The notes under the pieces: generated by a model | The model's input: the letters and a program-made list of their open reading frames with translations, nothing else | Database searches by the model: none | Told to the model about the DNA's origin: nothing | Position numbers and translations under genes: made by a program | Assembly: GCA_003614675.1 (NCBI GenBank) | Contig: ML002367.1 | Span: 1 to 37,419, forward strand | DNA from: Dimargaris cristalligena | Taxonomy: Eukaryota | DNA: 37,419 bases | Direction: 5' to 3' | Shown: positions 23,323 to 32,879 of the stretch, piece by piece | Numbering within the stretch: the stretch's first letter is position 1 | How the letters are laid out: the number at the start of each line of letters is the position of its first letter

Positions 23323-25420
23323 TTACTGACTGGAATTGCTGATTTGATGTAAAATTGCAGTGGGAGTATCTTGGATTTGGTCATCATTCGGAGCTGGCAC
23401 CGATTCGTCCAACATCAATTTGAGCTGGTTGAGATATTCCGGCTTCAGTCTGGGGGGGAAATCGCTGACATCCATCGTATCGGTCTACTCAAATCTTACA
23501 TCCGATGCCTGAATTAATTCTTCGGAATTGAATTCCGGTGCGAATGCCAAAAGGGCCATTTGGTTTTCATCGATGAGGCTTATGTGGGGCATATCAGGTA
23601 AATCATTAAGGTCACTGAAATCGGTTGGCGAATAATGGACCTGCGCCTCTCCCTCCATTATCGGACGTCCAACTGTTCCTCCGTCGCCAAAACCGGGGCC
23701 TGCCGCTTGATTACTCTCCCATGATCGGGAAAGTCTCCAATACGAGTCTAAAAACGCCGCTCCCTTAGGTAATGTAGCCATCTTCATGAGTTGTACTAAT
23801 TCCCATTTGGCCTTCTTCATATCCTTTGTTGCAATGTTTGAGCTGGGATCGGTATACATCGCAGTGAAGTGGGCTAGAGGTTCGGTTTGTTGAGCGACGG
23901 CCGCTAAAATAATAGCGAATCGGTTAAACTCGTGGTACTTTTTAAGGGCTATTTGTTCGGCTATGGTCACAGCTTTCACGATGGCCTCATTTAAAACTGT
24001 ATCGTCGACCATATTCTGAGCCATTATGCTATCCTGCGGTTTGGATTCGTACTCAGCATTGACCCTGGCCACGCTCTCAGCTACATATTTGTTGTTAAGC
24101 CACTGTTTCAAGCCGACCATAAAATCAACTGGATCTATAAGTCAATTGGTGGTGGACAGGCGTGTCATGATTACCGTTATGATACTCTCATAAAGATCGC
24201 TAAACCACGCCGATACTTCGATTGCATGCTCAACCGATTCAGGCAAAGATCTGTAGGGGCTTCCATGGATTGCCCATCTGGATCTAGGGAAAATTGGCCG
24301 AGTAATCCTTCCCAGTCTTTTCCATTGCGCCGGGGTCCAACCTCCACTATAAGACAGAGTCTTTAACAACGGATTCCCTAAAATACTCAACACCTCCGTC
24401 AACTCCTCACCATTCCGCTGCAAGTCCACCAGGTCTAATAGGGGAAGCCGGGCTACAAAAACTGATTGGGGAAGTAAATGGGGATTGGTATACCGCCAAG
24501 TAACAGCGGTGGACTGGAAAAGGGGGTCGGCTTGGTTAGCCAAAAGGTATTGGTAGAAGTTGGACAACACATTTCGGCCAGTGTGCGGGTTAGGATCACT
24601 TCTGTCACCTTCGATTCTTCCAGCTGCAGAACTCAAGGTACGGCTGGCATCGATGAACAATTTAACCGCTCGGGGCTGGTTAACAAGCTGAATCCAATGT
24701 TGAAATGCTCTATGGACTTTCTGCTGGGAAATTTGCCCCGCCTCGTTCAATTCAAGATACGTTTTCAGAAACCTATATGGCCTCTATACGGCCCCATAAT
24801 TATAGAAAAAGCAGGAGGGGAGTGATGGACGGAGATAGTTCGAAAGCGGGTTAGGAGTGAGAGTCAGTAAATAGAATCGTCACTAGCCCAAAGGACATGT
24901 GCACCTCTATACCGAGGATAGATCCCCGGAATAGCGTGGGGAAAAGAAGATGCGGCGAGACCGTATTCCAACAAGTAGGCTGGGTTGCCAACAACCAGGG
25001 AGGTGCTGTGGCCCCCTTCAGCCTCACTTACACATGGAGCCACCAACATGGTAAGCTAACATCGAGACACTGATGCTGTTTATCCTTCCCATCGAACAAT
25101 ATTATCCCAACAATACTTACCTGCACCAAATCGGAAAGTAATTTGGCAACCAGAGCATGATTTCCACGAGATGTATAGGATAGGTGGTGGCGCGAAAGAG
25201 GTGAAAGGTATCCAAAGACTGCCTCCTTTTGTTCGAAGGGCAATTTGGCCCAGTTGTCTAGTTTTTCATCAGTAGGGTTAGGTTGCGCTCCAAAGTCGTC
25301 GTGACTGGGGAAGCCCATGGATAGACCAGGTGCTGTGGTGACCTTGGTGATGAGCAGACTGAGAGCTAGACTCGTAAATATAGTCCGCCCTATGTTACGG
25401 TTCACTCGTTGGCTCGTCAT
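23323..25420 (-). pseudogene. Signal peptide + F-box-like protein gene, ~586 codons, interrupted by two in-frame stops (pseudogene or unresolved small introns)
   Basis: Exon 1 is 25420-25121 (donor GTAAGT); the intron runs to the first AG after CTAAC and a pyrimidine tract (24784). One frame then runs 24783-23323, with TGA at 24144-24142, TAG at 23487-23485 and final TAA at 23325-23323. Hydrophobic N-terminus TIFTSLALSLLITKVTTAP, then WAKLPFEQKEAVFGYLSPLSRHHLSYTSRGNHALV. Confidence 0.62.
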
Positions 25421-25656
25421 AGTAGGGGGTTACTCGAAAGACTTGTGGGGGGATATGGAGTTGTTGAGCCGAGTGATAGAAATTTACCACCGGTACGTAC
25501 AATGAATGGGCAGCTGAACTAATATAAATGTATAGACGTAGATAAGCAAAATGCGCGAGGGTAAGAGAGGTGCAACACCAAATAATATCCGCAAGGTTTT
25601 AGGTCTATGCGAATGAACAAAAAACCTTCAAGCAGGGAAAGCATCTCGTATTTATG

Positions 25657-25664
25657 TTTTTATA
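25657..25664 (-). promoter_or_regulatory. Probable TATA box of the secreted F-box-like gene
   Basis: TATAAAAA on the minus strand about 240 nt upstream of ATG 25420. Confidence 0.4.
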
Positions 25665-26221
25665 AAGCACTGTAGGGCCAGTTAGAGGGATCGAACAAGC
25701 TGGCTGATATACGGGTTGTATTCAGAGTGAACCTCAGAGGATTACAGCCATTCCTTTTATTTGTTTTATTAATTTTTGCACCTAACTCTAAGCGCTAGGT
25801 ACTGTGGCAGTGCCTGTTTTGATGTTGAAAGCCAATATTAAATATTTTTAGTGAATATATAACAATAGAAATGCATCCAGTATAGGAATGAGGGTAACTC
25901 GAGAGTACCATGAGCCATGCACCTATACAATGTTGAGCTGGACAATGGAAAGGCAGAGGCTCTACCAATACCATTTGTTTTAGATGTAACATGATTTGGC
26001 TTTTTCCGCTGCTTATGTAGTACACCTTTGAATATTTGAAGGTCTGATACCATCTAATTGGCATTAGAAACCTTTTATGATTTTAAAAGGCCACCTGAAG
26101 GAAAACAGTGTCAGTGTAATAGTCCATAGGCCAGGTGGATTTGGGCTCATCTACAGTTATAAAAACCAGCAGCTCCCACTCCCTTCTCTGGAACAAGGAG
26201 GTTCACATCTCCAGTAGTTCC

Positions 26222-26383
26222 ATATGGGAGAAGTTCAGCCTGACTATATAGGGTAAAATCCATTTGAGCAGGCTGGCTTATTTAAGTTACACATTCATTA
26301 TTGGCCCTCCTAATCTGACCTAAATCTGGACTTAATGATCATCTACTCTTATTAGGCCTTATAGCACCATATTAACCCTCCCA
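26222..26383 (+). mobile_element. Diverged MITE-family copy
   Basis: Begins ATATGGGAGAAGTTCAGCCTGACTATATAGGGTAAAATCCATTTGAG; possible right end GCCTTATAGCACCATATTAACCCTCCCA. Confidence 0.55.
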
Positions 26384-26812
26384 GTCACCCCTGGTACTAT
26401 GGGATTATTATTTATTATATAACCCTTCTCCTTCCAGCCCCAATGCTTCACACAAAACACTTAACCTACTGATCCAAAGATTCTTCTGGTTCCCATGAGA
26501 GTCTTCCCAATATAAAGCCCACCTGGTCAGTCTATTTATCTATACCATAGTTTAGTAGAATCTCCCCTTAGGACCTCCCTTTGGAGCTGTCCCCACATAT
26601 ATAACTAGACCCCATCATGGACCGGTTCAATTCCTTAGCTTATTCATATTCCCCAGTTTACCTCAATAAACTCTATATATGCTCACCCCCTCATACTAAC
26701 TAGTAAGTGTGTCTACTGCACATCCCTTGCATAATCCCATCACCTAAGCCTTTATTGGTTAGTACTGTGCCCCCATCCTAATGCTAGTAGCCCACTTGGC
26801 CGAGTCTAAGCC

Positions 26813-26878
26813 CCACCTACTGTTAGAAGCCTATCCTCAGGACTCTTGATGGACTAAGAGTGGTTAACTTGGGCAACA
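26813..26878. repeat. Dispersed 66-bp repeat, copy 2
   Basis: Direct-orientation match to 114-179, with the identical core GACTCTTGATGGACTAAGAGT. Confidence 0.8.
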
Positions 26879-28647
26879 TTCATAACTAATATATTTTATT
26901 TACTTAGTAGTAATCATCATAGAATAGGGCTTGTTAAATTTATACTGATGATATACTATTGATTTACTGCCAGTTAACTCTGGGCCCCAAGCTATTGAAT
27001 GGGGTAATAGGATTGCAGAGGATTATCCTCTTTCAAACATAGTCTAAAGGTAATGGGGCCAACAATTGACTAGTAAATAATGATATATTCACTGAGCTGA
27101 AAGAAGTGGTTCTGGAGGCAGGTATGTTCTATTAAATGAAATTACTTACTGTTTATAAATGTTAAATACCAACAGTGACTGCTAAAAATAAATTATAATG
27201 GGCAAGTAGGGAAAATAGAGAACTGCCAGAAGAGCATGCAACAGCATCATTTCAACCCCCAAAAATACACATTTCTATTATGCTAGGCTGCAATTGGGCA
27301 CCTACATTATTGCATTTAGTACTAAGCTGGAAGTGCAAAGGTGGCAGTCAACTGTCCTGTCCTTTAAATAACTGCTGGAAAGGAAAGTTTCCAACTTTTA
27401 CTCGCATACATAACTAAAGGGATATGTGGTTTTGAGGGCGGGCATCCCTTCAAACACAGGCCTATTCCCACTCATTGATGGCCTCGACTTTAAGCCAGCC
27501 AGAATACGCAGCCCTGTATTGCCAATTGACACTACAAATGCACTACGGGGATGCATAAGTTCAGGTATTTCGACCATCATTATAAACTCTGTAGGTAATT
27601 TACGATTTGTAAATTTAGTTAAAGCGGGCTTAAAAACTATTTAGCGTTTTTAATTTCTTGCCAAGTTACTTCGGGCACAACTTCCTCTAGCCTAATATAC
27701 ATATGTTAATAATATGTTGGTACTATAGAAATGAGGGAGGGGGTCAAATGGGCTGGTCCATCGTTAATCTAGATTAATTGTTGAGCAGAATCATGATTAA
27801 TTGATCAATATGGAAGTTAATCGGCCAGGCGATTTCGCCGGCTCATTTCTTGAACAGAGGGGACGTAGTATGGAGCTACATCGAAGGCAAACGGGTGACC
27901 CGATTAGTGCATTATGAAGACAGGAGAAGGGGGGAAGGGAATAGAGCGAGCAATCTGTCCATAAGGTATAGCCAGAAGAACCCCACGAGAGAAACCAATA
28001 GATACGAAGTCGATTGATCTCTTTGAGAAGCAGCAGCTCAATTTGTATTACAATGGCGTGGCCCCGGACTCGAATGCCAATCCCGTATTATGCTACGCTA
28101 AAAGCAAAGCTTACTCGACGGATAAACTTATAGGTGATTTGCATCGACGGTCTGTGGGGGCTGGGACGTGCCTGCCATGTGTACAGCTACTCGAGCAGAA
28201 GCCAAAAGACGGGTGAGAAGCAGTGTATTTTATGACCACCCCCCCTCCCAGTTGGCTCTAGGATGTCGGGAGCTACCCACAGAGATTGGCGTGATAGCAA
28301 TCCCTTTGTTTTATTTTAAAAAGCCGGAGTGGCGGAGAGACACGGGGATGTTAGTATATATTATGATGGTTGTTCACCCCCAATACATTGGGAGAAATCC
28401 CTTGAGACTGTAAGTATGGTGCTCTGAGACCCGACGAGTTTAACGGTGCTAAATAATAATAGGGGGCCTACTTAGCTCAGCCTACCACCCGATTGCCAGA
28501 CATCTATTTTTAAACACCCTCAGACCGCGCCTCGCTCCTAATCACTATCCCACACAGCATTTATAGTCTACTTTATCTGCACACCCATTATCACCCATTG
28601 CCACTGGCCTACATTGAGAAGTTTATATATTTGTCTACCCTACGTTT

Positions 28648-28793
28648 TATATGGGTGGAATTCGGCCCAGCTGTATAAGGTCTTAAATGAAATGTGTACG
28701 GGAAAATAAACGGGATGTTTATTTTCAACCTGTAGTAATTGCCTCATCCAACGGATTTTTCGTTATACGGCCTGGTTGAACTCCTCCCATATA
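28648..28793 (-). mobile_element. MITE-like element, best-preserved copy (146 bp including flanking TA)
   Basis: Terminal inverted repeats TATATGGGTGGAATTCGGCCCAGCTGTATA / TATACGGCCTGGTTGAACTCCTCCCATATA (23/30 complementary), TA at both ends, no ORF. Confidence 0.8.
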
Positions 28794-28933
28794 GAAAAAG
28801 TTCCACCATGCTATATATACCGGAAAAAATCCATTGGGTGAAGGAAACACTTCATTTTGAAGTTGAGTATTCCGCCTGTTTTCCTATACATACGCCATTT
28901 AAACCCCAATACAGCTAAGCCAAATTTCATATT
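28790..28933 (+). mobile_element. MITE-like element, subtype B, abutting the previous copy
   Basis: Colinear with 21909-22052; shares the TATA at 28790-28793 with the neighbouring copy. Confidence 0.68.
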
Positions 28934-29644
28934 ATGAAAGCCGCGGATTTATCAATGCTACCGACTGGGAGGGTGCCAATAGATCTTTCAGATTAATTTG
29001 GGCCGGCGGGTGATTAAGTGGCCAAATGTCCCATCAATTCACGAGAACAGGTAGGCGGAAACCCTCGAAACGGGAATATAGTCGAATCAGTCCTCCATCC
29101 CAGAAGTGACAGTTTTTCTGATTATTTATTAATCTATTAATCCGCAATGGCGGATCGTTAAGGATGACTCATTAAATCAGATTAATCATAAATTCCTAAG
29201 TCTAGAAGAACTATACCCAGTTTTTTTAAAATAATAATAATAAAATAATAGCCTTGGCGGGTATAGTGTCCGTCCGTCTGGTAATTTAAAAGAGCAATAA
29301 TGAAGTACGAATATGCATTTCCTGGAATGGTGGCATGACTAAAATACAAATGCTGAGAGGTAAGAATAAAGGAAACGGATAAACGATTTTTTTTAAATAA
29401 AAAAAACCTAAGAGAACGAGTGATTCATGCATAGGATAAAACATAGTGGAAAGCAAGCAGTCTAGCTACTAGGCGTACTTTTCAGTTTGCGAATGTATTA
29501 AATAAACGTTGGTCGGTGGATGGAAAGTATGGATGGCACTGGTCAAGAAGATAAACCCAACTTTCCCATTCCACCTTCCAACCAGCTCAGGGGTCCCCCC
29601 CTCCTAGTAATACTCTGACACCAGACCCATTATATTTCCACACA

Positions 29645-32600
29645 CTAGATGCGGCGGGAGACCCCAAAGATATCGCTTTGCGTTACAGAGTGTCGAGGCG
29701 AAAAAGTCGGAGACCGCTGACTGGCCGATACGGCAGGTTCCGTGGCTTCCCGGTGATGCCGGAAGAAGCCCGAAAAAGTACCGGATTTACTTAAAGGTCT
29801 GGGGGATTTTAAGCCGAAAAATAGGGATGGGGAAATACTGCGATTCCCCGGTCCTTCGCGGTCGCCGGTGTCATCAGCGAATGAATTCGTGGCCATGGTG
29901 GAGAGTTTGGGGGATGATGCGGCGGGGGTAGGCAAAGTCCTCGAGTGGACCTGCGTCTGTGATTGAGACTCCGAACCACTACTGCTACCATGGCGGGTAC
30001 TGTCGACAGTGGTAGTAATGGGAAAAGACTTGGCAATCGGCCCGAAATCGGCGGCGTCCAGGTCAGGGAACCGGTTTTCGATATGACCTCGAAGGTGTCG
30101 GTTGAATTTGTGGTGATTATCGATCATGATCATGTGGCCCGATCCCTCCATCAACACAAAGGGGCTATTCAGGAGGAGGGATAGGGTGCGGCCACAGGCC
30201 ATTCGAATGACTTTGTCTTTGGAACCGTGCATGACCAGGGTCCGGGCCCGCGTTTTGCCGAGCTTATGCATCTGCCAAAGGTTGAGATTATGCCACCAGG
30301 TCGCCTGCATTTGTTTCATATCGGCTTCTTGGCGGAGTTTGCTTTCGCCGGGTTCGTGCTTGAAGGCATTGAATGCCTAGGGATTGCGAAAAAATAAATA
30401 AGTATTAAGTATCGTTAATATGTAGTAATAAAATGGGATGGGCGGTCAGTAAATTCGCCCCGATAATACGAGAGCGAGATACAATAGGTTAATATGAGCT
30501 AGAGGATCGGCGAATCCATCCACGGGATGCCCCGGGTCTATATCCAAGAACTTACCGTCATGAGCATTTCCCGGTTGGTATGAGTGGAATCCTCGGTATA
30601 GGGACTATTGAGCCACTTCTTGGAGAAGCACAGTTTCAAAAGGTGTTCAGTAATTTGATCGCGCGAACTAGTAAAACTCTGTAGAAAATACCGCAAATCG
30701 CCGATGGTGGGCATAGCGAATACAGCCGAGTGGTAGGTGCTAATTAGTGTGGCCGATTCAAACCGGTCTCCGTCCAGCAAGAGTACCTTCTGGGTGATCA
30801 TGCCACCTGTTGAAGTAAGCCAGTGGGCATGGAATATAAAATAAATATTAACCAGATGTGTGAGCTAATATGCCAAGTAATGCTATCCGCGTTGGTAGCC
30901 CCAGAAAAATCGATTAAGATTCAACCAATTAAACGGCTACCCAATGAACCAGTTGATAATAATTTGGCGTTGACAGTATACATGTTTTTTTAAAAAAAAA
31001 CACCCCTACCTAATGATACCCCCGCGATATGGATGTCTTTTTTCCAGCCGAGATGATCTAGCAAGTCCACTGTATCCTTGGCGAACATGGAAATGCTGTT
31101 ATTAGGTGTTGGTAAGAGTAATCAATAGTAATACTGGTCTGTTAGTACATATTTTTCCGAGGACGTCATATACATTAACGGATCCATATAAAGAAGGTAG
31201 ACCATAAGAATGCTGACAAAGCCTTGCCAGGCGGCATAGTATAATATTTGCCCACCTAAGTTGAACCTACCTAAAGTTGCCCCCCGTGATCTCGCTTTTA
31301 CCGATGCCCCGGTTATCGAAAACACAGACTTGATAATCCTCCAGGTGACCAAAATATTCCGTCTGGGCGGTGGTGGTGATGAGACGAATTAAGGAAATTG
31401 GTGTCCAGTACAAATCCAACGTGGGTTGATCCGGGCGATAACAGAGGGGGTTTTTTTTTTTGACAATAAATAAACATCCATGGTCGACAAATTTGGATAG
31501 GGTTAGTATCTATGTGATGCGATTCGAGAAGCGCGTGATTCATAGGAACTCATCAACCGGGCGAATAGAATTCGCACACGCCCTTTCCTCCCTCGTGGTG
31601 GGGATAAACAAAGTAAGAAAGAACGAAGGTAAGGAGCAGACCAAAGCCAGCTCAGTGAACAGGACATTATCCTGCCGGAAGGGCCACCGAATGGAGTAGG
31701 GCTATGCACCCCCATGAGGTAAGCCACCACAGTGGGTTCAACGAATGGGGGAGGGGTACCTGCCCCTGACTAGTTTCGGGAATAAGGAATCTGCATAACG
31801 ACTGCCATACGCCCAGCCAGCTCTGCTACGAAGAAAGGGAGAGAGAGAATGTTTAGCTTGACTCACCTGTAATTTCCAAAAGGCCGACGTAGAATTGAGC
31901 CCTAAGAATATGGCAATACAGTAAAATAGGCCCGTGAAATAGTGCAATTACAATTGTCGAGTTAATAATACGTGGCTTAGAGCCCGGCTAAGGAATGGAT
32001 AACTAATAATGACAATAATAGCCAGACCCCGCCACCGCGAAAGAATTCTTGACATGAGGGTATTGTTCACCAGCCGAAACAGGATGCTTTCTAGAATGTG
32101 CCAAGAATTACATTGCGCCACATAGTTACGGGCATTTTCTTCACAAAACTGGCGGATGACACACCCATACAGTGGCCACGCTGACCGGGGAGGACACTTA
32201 CCCATAATCAGGATAATTTTACGAGGCCCGGTGCCGTGCAGTTCATAGTAGAGCCGGGCCGGCCGCTTGCGTTTAGGGTTTCCCGGGAAGAACCCCTGTT
32301 CGTGTAGGGTGGTGCTTACTTGCGAGTCAAAGAGCCGCTCGAGGGCCTCCATAGACGACCGCAATTGGGGGTGCTCCTCCTCCGATGCGGCATTGCCGTC
32401 GGGACTGGAGGGTGGGGAATCGTCGGAATCGGTGGTGGGAGACTCACTCGAGCGGGGCTGAATTAGGACTGGTGCTGGTTCGGAGGTAGCGGGTTGACTG
32501 TCTAGGGCCATCGACATGTGCCCCTTGCGACCGAATGACTGCGGTGGGGTAGTAGGGGGAGTGTCGGTTTGCGCACGATAGTTCTGGGGTGCAGGGGCCG

Positions 32601-32805
32601 GGTTCGCCAGGGAAACGGTTTGGGTGACGGCAGCGGTGGTCACCGACCGGGCGGTTGGTGGGGGCCCCCCCTCAAAGGTAAGGTTAGGGTTGGGGTTGGT
32701 GCCCCGTGGGGGGGAAGAACCGGCAAAGCTGGGAACCGTTGCTACCGTAAGCTGGGTCGTTCGCTTCCGAGTCAGGAACGGGGGTTTCATAAAGGCGAAC
32801 ACCAT
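29645..32805 (-). CDS. Alpha/beta hydrolase fold protein, ~599 aa, with long disordered N- and C-terminal extensions
   Basis: Exons 32805-32202, 31901-31867, 31362-31271, 31095-31010, 30806-30556, 30376-29645 join in frame. Motifs LYYELHGTGPRKIILIMGL, VFDNRGIGKS, nucleophile elbow GVSLGG (split by an intron), acid HGSKDKVI, histidine GSGHM. Confidence 0.9.
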
Positions 32806-32845
32806 GGCGGGCGGGTGGGTGGTAGTGGGTTTGGAATAGATATAA

Positions 32846-32850
<5 letters not shown>

Positions 32851-32878
<28 letters not shown>
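32851..32878. repeat. (TA)14 microsatellite in the hydrolase 5' leader
   Basis: Perfect dinucleotide run 45 nt upstream of ATG 32805; a second (AT)8 run at 33105-33120. Confidence 0.95.

Positions 32879-32879
<1 letters not shown>

Noticed and set aside
24142-24144. In-frame TGA as selenocysteine or an alternative genetic code
   Set aside because: There is no redox-type context or recognisable selenoprotein family, and I identified no SECIS. The same gene also has an in-frame TAG, and TAG is a normal stop in neighbouring genes.
25032-25075. Possible extra mini-exon in the F-box-like gene, using donor GTAAGT at 25031
   Set aside because: It is not needed, because the single intron 25120-24784 already keeps the frame. 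It would require an atypically short 45-65 nt upstream intron.
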